Source: Pseudomonadota bacterium (GTDB taxonomy: Bacteria; Pseudomonadota; Alphaproteobacteria; RF32; CAG-239). Taken from it: 29,395 bases of DNA. The position numbers were made by a program, and so were the translations under genes. The stretch spans positions 1 through 29,395 of the forward strand of contig CAKJXZ020000031.1 of the NCBI GenBank assembly GCA_918234285.1. The letters are read 5' to 3'. Shown here one piece after another: positions 17,681-29,197 of this stretch. A model generated the notes under the pieces. That model saw nothing but the letters and a program-made list of their open reading frames with translations. It was not told where the DNA came from and made no database searches. Every line of letters begins with the position of its first letter. Within the stretch, counting starts at the first letter, position 1.

Positions 17681-18046
17681 TTATCCGAAGTTTTCGAGAT
17701 AATTGATAATCGCCTCATAATACGACGCATTTTGCGGCTCATCATCCAGCAATTCGCGTGCCCGTTCTAGGTTGACTTTGGAACGGTGAATTATGTGTCG
17801 GGCCGATATTTTGCACACATTTTCAGCCACATCGACCACACCGTCGTCCAAAAAATAGGTGTCGGCAATCGAATCGTCTTCGTTTAAGATATGCATGGCA
17901 CCGTCGTGCAAAACCAGAGAAGTAGGGGCACGGTCTTCGATAATCGTCAAACCGGTATTGCCGTACGGCAACACCACACGATATACCTTGCGTGTCAGAA
18001 ACTCCTTTTCCGGCGTAAATATTTTGAGCGTTATATTCTCGGCCAT
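17681..18046 (-). CDS. atpC: F1 ATP synthase epsilon subunit (divergent)
   Basis: LKIFTPEK...VVLP...AP N-terminal beta-sandwich pattern; last gene after atpD. Confidence 0.85.
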   Translation of the reverse strand: MAENITLKIFTPEKEFLTRKVYRVVLPYGNTGLTIIEDRAPTSLVLHDGAMHILNEDDSIADTYFLDDGVVDVAENVCKISARHIIHRSKVNLERARELLDDEPQNASYYEAIINYLENFG

Positions 18047-18048
18047 TT

Positions 18049-19500
<1,452 letters not shown>

Positions 19501-19505
19501 CTATT

Positions 19506-20435
19506 TTAAATCGCTTCGGCACCGGCGATAATTTCTATCAGCTCGGTCGTGATTGCCGATTGTCTCAAACTATTGTATTTCAAGGTCAATTCGCTTATCA
19601 TATTCTTGGCGTTGCGGGTGGCGCTGTCCATTGAAGTCATACGTGCACCGTGCTCGGATGCTGCCGAGTTGACGATGATTTTGAAAATATTGTCGTCAAA
19701 CAAAAGCGGCACAATGTTTTTTAATACGGTCAGTTTATCCGGCAAATATTCATAAAACGCATCGCCGGCGCGGTTAACCAGTTGCAATTCTTCTTCACTT
19801 AAATGCTGGGTATTCAGTTCCATTGGGCAAACCTGTTCGCATACAAAGTTACGGCTGATGGCTGAATTAAAGCGCGCAAACACAAACTCGCATACATCGA
19901 ATTCTTTGTTTTTGAAGCGGTTGAAAATCTCAAACTCCATGGCCTTGGCCTGTTCGGTATATGTCAGAGCCTTAAGTTTATCTCCGGCTTGTCTGATTTC
20001 CACATCTTTGTCGGCAAAATTACGGCGCAACGTATCATAAGCTTTTTTGCCGATGCAGACAACAGTGACTTTTTTGCCTTTTTCCAGCAATTCCGTAATG
20101 CGCTGTGCGGCTTTTTTGGCGATATTGCTGTTATATGCGCCGCACAGACCGCGGTCCGACGACATAACACATAACTGATAGCGCATCGGATTTATGGCCG
20201 CACGCAACATTATCGGACGCATATATTTTATGCCCTTGGTTTTTTCTTCATTTTCGATTTCGGTCATTACGCGCAACGCCGAATGTCGCAAATTTTCGGA
20301 ATAACCCTGATTTTTATCAACCAAAATTTGCACGCGGCGCAAACGTGAGGCCGCCACCATCTTCATCGCCGAAGTGATTTTCTGCGTCGACTTAATGGCT
20401 TCAATTCTGGTGCGTAACTCTTTTAATCCGGCCAT
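19506..20435 (-). CDS. atpG: F1 ATP synthase gamma subunit
   Basis: Motifs KITSAMKMVAAS, SDRGLCGAYN, SEHGARMTSM and RQSAITTELIEII. Confidence 0.98.
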   Translation of the reverse strand: MAGLKELRTRIEAIKSTQKITSAMKMVAASRLRRVQILVDKNQGYSENLRHSALRVMTEIENEEKTKGIKYMRPIMLRAAINPMRYQLCVMSSDRGLCGAYNSNIAKKAAQRITELLEKGKKVTVVCIGKKAYDTLRRNFADKDVEIRQAGDKLKALTYTEQAKAMEFEIFNRFKNKEFDVCEFVFARFNSAISRNFVCEQVCPMELNTQHLSEEELQLVNRAGDAFYEYLPDKLTVLKNIVPLLFDDNIFKIIVNSAASEHGARMTSMDSATRNAKNMISELTLKYNSLRQSAITTELIEIIAGAEAI

Positions 20436-21989
20436 TTATGCTGCCTTTTCCGTTGCTTTCAAATATCTATCCGCAAAAGCAGCATAAAACTCCGCCAACT
20501 TTTGTTCCAATTCCGGTGAAATCACGTGTTTATCGGCAATTTCTTCCAAGTATTCCGGATGAGTTTCGTGCATATAATCCAGCGCCGATTTCTCAAAATC
20601 TTTGACGTTTTCAATCTTGACTTTAGTCAGATAACCGCGAACACCGGCAAAAATCGACACTACCTCTTCTTCGGTCGCCATCGGCTGATGTACCGGTTGT
20701 TTCAGCAGTTCGGTCAGCTTGGAGCCTTTGTCGAGCAGAGCGCGGGTAGACTTATCCAAATCGGACGAGAATTGGGCAAACGCCGCCATTTCACGATATT
20801 GCGCCAAATCTAATTTCATTGAACCGGAAACCTGTTTCATGGCTTTTATTTGCGCCGCCGAACCCACACGGGATACGGAAATACCGACATTCACCGCAGG
20901 TCTGATGCCTTGATAGAACAGGGCGGTTTCCAAGAAAATCTGACCGTCGGTAATAGAAATCACGTTGGTCGGAATATAGGCGGAAACGTCGCCGGCTTGC
21001 GTTTCAATCACCGGCATGGCGGTCAGCGAGCCGGAGCCGTAGTTCGGATTCATCTTTGCCGCACGCTCCAACAAACGAGAGTGCAGATAGAACACGTCGC
21101 CCGGATAAGCTTCACGCCCCGGCGGACGGCGAATTAACAACGACATTTGACGATAAGCCACGGCTTGCTTGGATAAATCGTCATAAAAGATTACCGCGTG
21201 CATTCCGTTATCGCGGAAATATTCGCCCATAGCCGTACCGGCATACGGAGCCAAAAATTGCAACGGTGCCGCCTCGGAAGCGGTAGCCGCCACCACAATC
21301 GTATAGTCCATGGCGCCGTAATCACGCAAAGTTTTCACCACTTGTGCCACCGATGAGCGTTTTTGCCCGATGGCAACATAAATGCAGAACAGCTTTTCGT
21401 TGTCGTTTTTCGCCGCATCATTGGTACGCTTCTGGTTGATAATCGTATCAATAATGATGGATGTTTTACCGGTTTGACGGTCACCGATGATAAGCTCGCG
21501 TTGCCCGCGACCGATAGGAATCAGCGAATCGATAACTTTCAAACCTGTCTGTACCGGCTCGTGCACGCCTTTCCTCGGGATAATACCCGGAGCCTTAATT
21601 TCGGCGGTGCTGTATTTTTCGGCCTTAATTTCGCCCATACCGTCAATCGGATTACCCAAAGCATCAACCACGCGGCCGAGCAGACCCTTGCCCACCGGCA
21701 CACTCACAATTTGATTGGTGCGCTTGACAATATCGCCTTCCTTGATTTCGTCATCGGAGCCGAATAACACCACGCTGACACTGTCTTCTTCTAAGTTCAG
21801 TGCCATACCTTTGGTGCCGTTGGCAAACTCCACCATCTCGTTGAGTTGCACTTTATCCAGGCCGTAAACGCGGGCAATACCGTCACCGACGGAAAGCACG
21901 CGGCCGACTTCGGTCATATCGGAAGATAAATCGAAATCAGCGATTTTTTCTTTTAAGATTGATGATATTTCATCTGCTTGTACAGACAT
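20436..21989 (-). CDS. atpA: F1 ATP synthase alpha subunit
   Basis: Motifs [18 protein letters not shown] and [21 protein letters not shown]. Confidence 0.99.
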   Translation of the reverse strand: MSVQADEISSILKEKIADFDLSSDMTEVGRVLSVGDGIARVYGLDKVQLNEMVEFANGTKGMALNLEEDSVSVVLFGSDDEIKEGDIVKRTNQIVSVPVGKGLLGRVVDALGNPIDGMGEIKAEKYSTAEIKAPGIIPRKGVHEPVQTGLKVIDSLIPIGRGQRELIIGDRQTGKTSIIIDTIINQKRTNDAAKNDNEKLFCIYVAIGQKRSSVAQVVKTLRDYGAMDYTIVVAATASEAAPLQFLAPYAGTAMGEYFRDNGMHAVIFYDDLSKQAVAYRQMSLLIRRPPGREAYPGDVFYLHSRLLERAAKMNPNYGSGSLTAMPVIETQAGDVSAYIPTNVISITDGQIFLETALFYQGIRPAVNVGISVSRVGSAAQIKAMKQVSGSMKLDLAQYREMAAFAQFSSDLDKSTRALLDKGSKLTELLKQPVHQPMATEEEVVSIFAGVRGYLTKVKIENVKDFEKSALDYMHETHPEYLEEIADKHVISPELEQKLAEFYAAFADRYLKATEKAA

Positions 21990-22544
21990 CTACTTTGTCC
22001 CTTTCATAAGCTGTTCCAAAGCATCTAATTTATGCTTTACGGAATTATCAATAAAATTTGTACCGTATTTCAAAACCAAACCGCCGATGATTTGCGGATT
22101 GATAATGTATCGTAACAGGATTTCCCGCTTGAAAATAGCGGATAATTTTGACTTAAGCAAAGTTTCCTGTTGTTGGTTGAGCGGCATAACCGTCGTAACT
22201 TCCACCTCGGCAATATTATTTTTCTGCTGATACAATAAAATAAATTGTTCCAACGTCGGTAACAGAACCTTGAAATCATCATTTTCCGCCAACAATTTAA
22301 GCGTATTCAGCATTGCCGAACAAAATCCGCATTTTTTTGCGATTAAATCAATCAGCTCGGCCTTTTGTTCCGGTTTTAATATCGGGTTGGCAAGAATATT
22401 TAAGCCGCTGTCATCGTCTTCCGCCAGTTCCTTAAGCTGTCTGGCATCGCGATACAAATCCTCCGTCTGCGAGGTTTTGAGTGCGCCCTCATACATTGCT
22501 CCGGCATACATCATTGCCGTTTTTATATTAGAAATTTTCTTCAC
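21990..22544 (-). CDS. atpH: F1 ATP synthase delta subunit
   Basis: YAGAM (cf. YAxAL), LANP, AEVEVTT and NPQIIGGLVL...DNSVK. Probable GTG start at 22544. Confidence 0.93.
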   Translation of the reverse strand: MKKISNIKTAMMYAGAMYEGALKTSQTEDLYRDARQLKELAEDDDSGLNILANPILKPEQKAELIDLIAKKCGFCSAMLNTLKLLAENDDFKVLLPTLEQFILLYQQKNNIAEVEVTTVMPLNQQQETLLKSKLSAIFKREILLRYIINPQIIGGLVLKYGTNFIDNSVKHKLDALEQLMKGTK

Positions 22545-22684
22545 TTTATTTCTGCCTGTTATAACGTTCAATGCCACAAATATAAACAATTCATCCGCCG
22601 ATGGCAAGAGGCAGAACGAACAATCAACAAGATTTTATCATATTTTAAAACGGCGTTTTTTTGTTTATCCGAATACTTGTGGTT

Positions 22685-23317
22685 TTAAAGCAGATTTTTC
22701 AGCCGGGCGATTATATCATCAAACATTGCGGCGGTCAAAACGTTGGTGTTGATGTTGTAGCGCGATGTGTGATACGAATCAAGCAGGGTAATGCCGTGCT
22801 TGTCAAGTTTATGTTCGGCGCTGTGGGCAAATTTATAAGCCGATTTTTTATAGCCGAGCGCTTGCAAAACCGCGCCGTGCGAAACCGAGCCGAGCGAGAG
22901 AAGTACTTTCAGACGCGGCATGGCGGCAATTTCCGCCTGCAAATACGGCCGGCAGGCGGCAATTTCGTCGGCGGTAACCTTGTTTTGCGGCGGTACACAG
23001 CGCACAGCGTTGGAAACCCGCACATTAATCAGCTCAAAGCCGTCGTTTTTGACCTTGCCGTAATTACCGCGGGCAAAACCGTATTTTTTGAGTGCCGGAT
23101 ACAGAATATCGCCGGCATAATCATTGGTGAACGGCCGATTGGTCTGATTGGCGCCGTTGAGCCCCGGAGCCAGCCCCACCACCAGAATCTCGGCATTCAA
23201 ATCGCCGAACGATTCCACCGGTCCATTATGATAATACGGAAACTTTATTTTGTTTTGTGCCCTAAACTCCAGCAAACGCGGGCATTTATCACACTCAAAA
23301 GACGGACATTCAAACAT
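22685..23317 (-). CDS. Uracil-DNA glycosylase, family 5 (UdgB-like, Fe-S)
   Basis: Motifs CDKCPRL, GLAPGLNGANQTNRPFT, VRCVPPQNK, ACRPYL and SYHTSRYN. Confidence 0.9.
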   Translation of the reverse strand: MFECPSFECDKCPRLLEFRAQNKIKFPYYHNGPVESFGDLNAEILVVGLAPGLNGANQTNRPFTNDYAGDILYPALKKYGFARGNYGKVKNDGFELINVRVSNAVRCVPPQNKVTADEIAACRPYLQAEIAAMPRLKVLLSLGSVSHGAVLQALGYKKSAYKFAHSAEHKLDKHGITLLDSYHTSRYNINTNVLTAAMFDDIIARLKNLL

Positions 23318-23447
23318 CTTATTTCTCCTTTGCGCCTATCATAATAACGAAATTTTGCGCTGTCACTATTTAAATTTGCTTTTTCACGGTTATATACACC
23401 TTGCTAATAATAAAATTTTTGAACATTTATAAATGGAGAAAAGAAAT

Positions 23448-24011
23448 ATGAAGAAAATATTGTTATTGTCGGGTGCAGCTTTTCTGTTTTCGGCCAATGC
23501 CGATGCCATGATGCACCATGATTTTTCGGAACTTAAGCCTTATGTCGGAGCTGAGTACGTATATTCACACTCCAAACCGGGCGGCACAGCCGGCGGTTTA
23601 AAGCGCAATTTCAACTCGGCCAAGGCTGATTTGGGTTTGGAAATCTATAAAAATTTGTATACCGAATTTTCTTATCAACAATCGTGGCAAATTAAAAATA
23701 AGCAAGCCTACGAAGGGACTTCGGTAAAACAGCGTTTTGCCGCGTATGCTATGGATTTGTATGGTAAAATGCCGATTATGTGCAGCCCGTTCGGACTGGT
23801 TGCCACCGGCGGTATGGCTTTGTATGATATCACGCAGAAAGGTTTGCCGGATAAGGGATTTATGCGTGTCGGTTATCGTATCGGCGGCGGTATGCAATAT
23901 GACATGAATGACCATTGGTCGGCACGTGTTATCGGGCGCTATTCGTATGTAGGGGCAAACCGTCTGGATAACTTTGCCGAAGTAACGGCCGGTATATTGT
24001 ATCGTTTCTGA
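23448..24011 (+). CDS. Small outer-membrane beta-barrel protein (OmpA-like TM domain)
   Basis: Signal peptide (ANA|DA), PYVGAEY, alternating strands, GGGMQYDMNDHWSARV and terminal YRF. A GGAG RBS supports start 23448. Confidence 0.88.
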   Translation: MKKILLLSGAAFLFSANADAMMHHDFSELKPYVGAEYVYSHSKPGGTAGGLKRNFNSAKADLGLEIYKNLYTEFSYQQSWQIKNKQAYEGTSVKQRFAAYAMDLYGKMPIMCSPFGLVATGGMALYDITQKGLPDKGFMRVGYRIGGGMQYDMNDHWSARVIGRYSYVGANRLDNFAEVTAGILYRF

Positions 24012-24032
24012 TTTGGCGCAATTTACAGAATT

Positions 24033-24061
24033 ACGGGAGCGCTTGCCAAAGGCGCTCTCGT
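24033..24061. terminator. Hairpin between convergent genes
   Basis: ACGGGAGCGCTT-gccaa-AGGCGCTCTCGT. Confidence 0.55.
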
Positions 24062-24070
24062 TTCCGTAAT

Positions 24071-24691
24071 CTACTCATGTTTCACCGGCAAACTATCCAA
24101 TCTTTCGAGGACTTCGGCATGATACACGCGAACCCTGTCCTCAATATTTTGCATTTGCTCGGCATTGTTTCGTATTTGTCTCGCGCTTTGATTATAATTT
24201 TCGTTCAATTGCCGGAGTGCTTCCGTGATTGTGTCCGTGATTGTTTGCTGCGCTTTTTCCGCGCTTGTAACGGATAATTTGACTTCATCTATAAGGTTTT
24301 GCCGTGTTTGTATAATCTTATCTTCGTTCAACTTAACCGCATTCATGATGTTCTGCTGAGTTTGCTCAATTTTATCTCCGGTCGACTGTAATTCATCCTG
24401 CAATTTATTATGCTTCAGCACAATATTTTGCAATTCACTTTGCAACTGTTCGAACATTATTTCGGCGGCAGATTGTTTAGGGGTGTAATAAAAGCGCAAA
24501 ATCGGAAAATTGAATAAATAACATTTAATCAGTTTTTCATTTTCCATACGCCTGATTTTCCAGATTGGCATGCCCAAAAAATAATAAGCCGTTTTGCCGC
24601 CGCGTCTTTTAATACTCAATAGCGGAATAAAACCGAACAATTTCAGGGTTTGTTTATCTTTGGCAACAGATTTATTTTGATTTTCTATCAC
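24071..24691 (-). CDS. Hypothetical protein with three (Y/K)LFG-x-P-hydrophobic repeats and a coiled coil
   Basis: KLFGFIPLLSI / YFLGMPIWKI / YLFNFPILRF, then a Q/E/N-rich heptad region. GTG start with AAGGA 7 nt upstream. Confidence 0.72.
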   Translation of the reverse strand: MIENQNKSVAKDKQTLKLFGFIPLLSIKRRGGKTAYYFLGMPIWKIRRMENEKLIKCYLFNFPILRFYYTPKQSAAEIMFEQLQSELQNIVLKHNKLQDELQSTGDKIEQTQQNIMNAVKLNEDKIIQTRQNLIDEVKLSVTSAEKAQQTITDTITEALRQLNENYNQSARQIRNNAEQMQNIEDRVRVYHAEVLERLDSLPVKHE

Positions 24692-24695
24692 GGGT

Positions 24696-25649
24696 TTATC
24701 CTTGCGTTGTTATTTGTTCCTTGAGTTTAAAATAGTATTCGAGCATCATCTCCGACGGATTGCAGTTGAAGGTGTAATCACGGACTTTTTCCAATATCGC
24801 CGGATACATCGAGGCGGCAACATGATACAGACGGTCTTCAGCCGTACCGATGTAATGTTTGGCTAACAGATATTTATATGGTATTATACATTTGTATTGT
24901 TTTATATAGTTATAGACTCTTTTGTATTGTTCAAAAACCGATAAAGCTCTTTCCGAATCATAAATAACATCCATAACGGAACCGGTGTGACGCACATAAT
25001 GATAAAGCTTTTTCTGTATATGCCAGACCGACCGGCAGTGTATCATATAAGCCCACAAAAAATATTCGTCTTCCTGGTCGCCGTCGGGAAAAAATACATT
25101 ATATCGTCGAATAATATCGGCTTTATACAATTTATTCCATACCACCGAGGCAAATTCTTCCTTTATGTTTTTGCCGATATCATACAAACCGTCGGGGCGG
25201 CTGTAGCGGTTAAACCAATTTTGCGAATTACTGAATTCTTTAATTTTTTTCGGATCGGTTACGGTATCGTCAATAATATTATCGACATCGCAAACCACAA
25301 CATCCGGCTTATGCTTCAGCATGGCATTATACATTGTTTCCACCATATCCGGCTCGAGATAATCGTCGGCATCGATAAGCATTACGTATTCGGCCGCGGC
25401 ATGGTCTAAGCCATCGTTGCGGCTGGCGGATATCCCCTTGTTTTCGCGCGATATATACTTTATGCGTTCGTCTTTTTTTACGAATTCTTCTAAAATTTGC
25501 GGTGAGTCGTCGGTGGAGCCGTCGTTAACGCAGATGATTTCAATTTCTTTCAGTGTTTGATTTATAATACTGTCAAGACACTGCCGCAAATAGTCGGCAA
25601 CATTGTATACTGGTATGATTATCGATACTTTGGGTAAGATTTTATTCAT
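24696..25649 (-). CDS. Glycosyltransferase family 2
   Basis: Motifs VSIIIPVYN, VNDGSTD, GISASRN, IDADD (DxD), VWNKLYK and QED. Confidence 0.95.
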   Translation of the reverse strand: MNKILPKVSIIIPVYNVADYLRQCLDSIINQTLKEIEIICVNDGSTDDSPQILEEFVKKDERIKYISRENKGISASRNDGLDHAAAEYVMLIDADDYLEPDMVETMYNAMLKHKPDVVVCDVDNIIDDTVTDPKKIKEFSNSQNWFNRYSRPDGLYDIGKNIKEEFASVVWNKLYKADIIRRYNVFFPDGDQEDEYFLWAYMIHCRSVWHIQKKLYHYVRHTGSVMDVIYDSERALSVFEQYKRVYNYIKQYKCIIPYKYLLAKHYIGTAEDRLYHVAASMYPAILEKVRDYTFNCNPSEMMLEYYFKLKEQITTQG

Positions 25650-25805
25650 AATTTAAACTAAATTTATTTTAACATCGCTACCGAGTCTATACTGTTTTAT
25701 ATAAATTTTTCAAGCAAAATCAAGTTGTTATACACACATATTGAAATGTTGTCTCAAAACAATGATGGGGATTAAGCGCATATTGCAGTTGATTATTTTA
25801 AAGGT

Positions 25806-27134
25806 ATGTTTATGATTGGCTCTATGTTGGATTTATTGGCACAAAAAACGGAATATACGGTCAGTGAGATTTCTTTTGCAATCAAGCAGTTGATGGAAAC
25901 CTCGTTTGGCAGTGTGCGTGTCAAAGGCGAGATTTTCGGCGCAAAACGTGCGGATTCCGGTCACTGGTATTTATCACTCAAAGACGAAAATTCGCTGTTA
26001 TCGGCGGTTTGTTGGCGCGGTGTAGCCAATTCTTTAGCGGTCAAAATAGAAGACGGTATTGAAGTCGTGGCCACCGGCCGCATTACCACTTTCAACGGTC
26101 GCTCGTCCTATCAGTTGGTAATAGAAAAGTTGGAAATTGCCGGACAGGGCGCTCTTTTAAAGTTGCTTGAAGAAAGAAAGCAACAGTTTTTAAAAGAGGG
26201 CCTGTTTGATGCCGCTCACAAAAAGAAAATTCCGTATTTGCCGCAGACAATCGGCGTTGTAACCAGTCCGACCGGTGCGGTTATCAGAGATATTATACAT
26301 CGTATCCGCGACCGTTTTCCGTGTCGGGTTATCGTGTGGCCGACTTTAGTGCAGGGCGAAGGAGCGGCCGAGCAAATTGCCGGAGCAATCAACGGCTTTA
26401 ACAATCTGCCGAGTGATTCACCGTATCGTCCCGATGTTTTGATTGTGGCGCGCGGCGGCGGCAGTTTGGAAGATTTATGGCCGTTTAATGAAGAAATTGT
26501 AGTGCGGGCGGTTTATAATTCCGTAATTCCGCTGATTTCGGCGGTGGGGCACGAAACCGACACCATGCTGATTGATTATGCCGCCGATGTGCGGGCGCCG
26601 ACGCCGACCGGTGCGGCCGAGTTTGCGGTGCCGGTAAAAAACGAGATATATAACGGTCTATTGACCAGCGATTTGCGGATGAAAAATGCTATACAGCGCC
26701 GTCTGAATGAACTTAAACAATATATTGAGGCTTTGGGACGCGGTATTCCGTCGCTCGAACAAATTGTGCAGGAAAATCAGCAAAAAATCGACGATCGGGG
26801 CGAACGTCTCAAGTTGGCGTTTGAAAATTTGCTGAAAGATAAAAATAATTGTTTAAAATTGACGAATTTGAAACCTTTTTACATTAAAAACATTATTGAA
26901 ACGAAATATGAAAATCTGAATAATTTGGCTCTGCGTCTGGATTCTGTTTCAATCGAATCGGTTTTGAAGCGTGGTTTTGCGTGGGTTTCGGACAGCAGAT
27001 TTCAGACGGTGTGTGATACCAATACCGCCAAGAGTTCGCAGAATTTGCATATCCGTTTCGCCGACGGAATAGTGAAAGCCCGAATAACGGAGAGAAGTTG
27101 TGCCATTCAAGGCGATTTGTTTGATAATTTGTAG
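25806..27134 (+). CDS. xseA: Exodeoxyribonuclease VII large subunit
   Basis: Motifs TVSEI, SGHWYLSLKD, GVVTSPTGAVIRDI, RGGGSLEDLWPFN, SAVGHETD and RAPTPTGAAE. True start may be 25812 or 25824. Confidence 0.97.
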   Translation: MFMIGSMLDLLAQKTEYTVSEISFAIKQLMETSFGSVRVKGEIFGAKRADSGHWYLSLKDENSLLSAVCWRGVANSLAVKIEDGIEVVATGRITTFNGRSSYQLVIEKLEIAGQGALLKLLEERKQQFLKEGLFDAAHKKKIPYLPQTIGVVTSPTGAVIRDIIHRIRDRFPCRVIVWPTLVQGEGAAEQIAGAINGFNNLPSDSPYRPDVLIVARGGGSLEDLWPFNEEIVVRAVYNSVIPLISAVGHETDTMLIDYAADVRAPTPTGAAEFAVPVKNEIYNGLLTSDLRMKNAIQRRLNELKQYIEALGRGIPSLEQIVQENQQKIDDRGERLKLAFENLLKDKNNCLKLTNLKPFYIKNIIETKYENLNNLALRLDSVSIESVLKRGFAWVSDSRFQTVCDTNTAKSSQNLHIRFADGIVKARITERSCAIQGDLFDNL

Positions 27135-27975
27135 CTTATGCGCCGCAGCCAATGCGGCGGCACTCGAAATTTGCGGCGATTTAAAACAAGGTGAGTTATT
27201 GTTGGTCAAAGATGCAAATGCGATAATAATCGCCGTTGACAATAATCTCGGAGCCAAAAAATACAATTTTGATGCTGATGGTGTTACTTTAGTGGCATTG
27301 CATCGCGATGCGCCTGAAAAAGTAATGTTTGATGCCGCGCCGAGAACTGATTATGTGACGCATTATGAGATAGATGTTGAACCTGTTGCTTGGGATATTC
27401 AGCGCATTAACGGAGTAAAACAATCAAAAGTTACGCCGACTTCCGAGGCGGACTTAAAAGAAATTAAACGCGAACAGAAAGATTTGGGACGTGCGGTAAC
27501 TCGTTATAATGCCGGAGATGCTTGGCGCAATGGATTTATCCTGCCGGTGGAAGGGCAAATCAGCGGCAACTTCGGTAATCAGCGTATTTTTAACGGCACT
27601 CCGAAAAGTCCGCACAGCGGTACGGATATTGCCGCACCGGAAGGAACTCCGGTTAAGGCGTCGGGCGACGGAAAGGTGGTTTTGAGCGGTAAAGATTATT
27701 TCTATACCGGCAATATGGTGATTATTGATCACGGACAAGGGTTACAGACAATATATGCACACCTCAAAGCGGCTAAAGTTAAAGAGGGTGATGAAGTAAA
27801 GCAAGGCGATATTATCGGTTTGGTCGGCAAAACCGGCCGAGCCACCGGTGCGCATTTGCATTGGGGTGCATCGCTTAACAATGTGCGATTTCGCCCGCAT
27901 TCGCTTTTGGATATAAACAACAAAACCTGTCGCGAGATAGAGGGAAAATATATGGGAGATGAGGTAGAAGAATGA
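27100..27975 (+). CDS. M23 family metallopeptidase, exported
   Basis: HSGTD (HxxxD), YAHL and GAHLHW (HxH), with an N-terminal signal peptide. Overlaps the xseA end by 35 nt. Confidence 0.92.
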   Translation: MPFKAICLIICSLCAAANAAALEICGDLKQGELLLVKDANAIIIAVDNNLGAKKYNFDADGVTLVALHRDAPEKVMFDAAPRTDYVTHYEIDVEPVAWDIQRINGVKQSKVTPTSEADLKEIKREQKDLGRAVTRYNAGDAWRNGFILPVEGQISGNFGNQRIFNGTPKSPHSGTDIAAPEGTPVKASGDGKVVLSGKDYFYTGNMVIIDHGQGLQTIYAHLKAAKVKEGDEVKQGDIIGLVGKTGRATGAHLHWGASLNNVRFRPHSLLDINNKTCREIEGKYMGDEVEE

Positions 27976-28805
27976 CAGAATTACAAATTATATTGCTTTC
28001 ATTATTGCAGGGAATAACCGAATTTTTGCCGGTGAGCTCTTCCGGTCATTTGATTTTATTTTCCAAATTTACCACCTTTCCCGACCAAGGGCAGGCGATG
28101 GATGTGGCTTTGCATATCGGCTCGATTTTTGCGGTCATAATCTATTTTGCGCCGACATTGTGGGAGATTTTGCAAGGGCTGTGGAAAGCCAAATTTCTGC
28201 CGAATTTTAAAAACGAGGGCAGTCAGTTGTTTTATTTGCTGGTGTTGGCAACGTTGCCGGTAATAATCTGCGGCGCCGGCTTAAAATATTATGGCACCGA
28301 ATGGTTGCGCAATACCAAACTCATCGGCTGGAATATTTTGTGTTACGGTGTTCTGCTGTGGATTATCGACAGCTTTGCGGTTACGGTGCGCAAAATCAAA
28401 AATCTGGAGGTCAAAGACGCGTTGCTGATAGGTATGGCGCAGTGCCTGGCTCTGTTGCCGGGAACAAGCCGTTCCGGTATTACGATTACCATGAGCCGCT
28501 TTTTGGGAATGGAGCGGCGCGAGGCGGCAAAATTCTCGATGTTGCTGTCGATACCGGCGATTTTGGCGGCGGGAATACTGGCCGGATATCAGCTGTGGCA
28601 GGAGGGAAATATGCAGCAAATCGCCGATGCCTTAAATGCGGCAGGGTATTCGTTTATTTTTTCAATGATGGCGATTTTTGTTTTGATGCAATGGCTCAAA
28701 AAGTGGAGTTTTCTGCCGTTTGCCATATATCGTATATTGTTGGGAAGTATACTGTTGCTTGATGCTTACGGGATTTATGATATCCAAAGTTTATTCGTAA
28801 AATAA
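27972..28805 (+). CDS. uppP: Undecaprenyl-diphosphate phosphatase
   Basis: Motifs QGITEFLPVSSSGH, AQCLALLPGTSRSGITI and AAKFSMLLSIP. Confidence 0.97.
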   Translation: MTELQIILLSLLQGITEFLPVSSSGHLILFSKFTTFPDQGQAMDVALHIGSIFAVIIYFAPTLWEILQGLWKAKFLPNFKNEGSQLFYLLVLATLPVIICGAGLKYYGTEWLRNTKLIGWNILCYGVLLWIIDSFAVTVRKIKNLEVKDALLIGMAQCLALLPGTSRSGITITMSRFLGMERREAAKFSMLLSIPAILAAGILAGYQLWQEGNMQQIADALNAAGYSFIFSMMAIFVLMQWLKKWSFLPFAIYRILLGSILLLDAYGIYDIQSLFVK

Positions 28806-28833
28806 AAAAGTTATGCAACACCGCGAAAAAAGG

Positions 28834-28862
28834 TTGACAGCGCCGCAAAAAATGATTATACA
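28834..28862 (+). promoter_or_regulatory. Promoter for tRNA-Leu
   Basis: TTGACA-N17-TATACA just upstream of the tRNA. Confidence 0.7.
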
Positions 28863-28877
28863 GACTTTTGTTAAGTT

Positions 28878-28963
28878 GCCCTGGTGGCGGAATTGGTAGA
28901 CGCGCATGCTTCAGGTGCATGTTGCCTCAGGCAGTGGAAGTTCGAGTCTTCTTCGGGGCACCA
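28878..28963 (+). tRNA. tRNA-Leu (CAG)
   Basis: Acceptor GCCCTGG/TCGGGGC plus ACCA; D arm GCG-GAATTGGTAGA-CGC; anticodon arm CATGC-TTCAGGT-GCATG; long variable arm TGCC/GGCA; T loop TTCGAGT. Confidence 0.96.
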
Positions 28964-28965
28964 AT

Positions 28966-28995
28966 AAAAAATCCTCCTTTGCGGAGGTTTTTTTT
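28966..28995 (+). terminator. Intrinsic terminator after the tRNA
   Basis: AAAAATCCTCC-tttgc-GGAGG-TTTTTTTT. Confidence 0.85.
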
Positions 28996-29197
28996 ATTGG
29001 CAATCTGATGAAAGGCTTGAACTTTCAAAAACAAGTTCGACCAGCCGGAGAGGCAGATAGGAATATGCCGATAAGGCTTTTAAACCGAACGAACGGCGCA
29101 GTAACGCAGCTTAGCTTCTTCGTAAAACATCAGTCTTACATATCGAAGCAGCAATAAGAATCCTCCCTTAAGAATTTGATAATCTTCACCTTTTATA

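Noticed and set aside
22661-23344. 227-aa + strand ORF
   Set aside because: Fully antisense to the well-supported uracil-DNA glycosylase.
28906-29157. 83-aa ORF
   Set aside because: Runs through the tRNA and its terminator; no RBS and no protein-like motifs.
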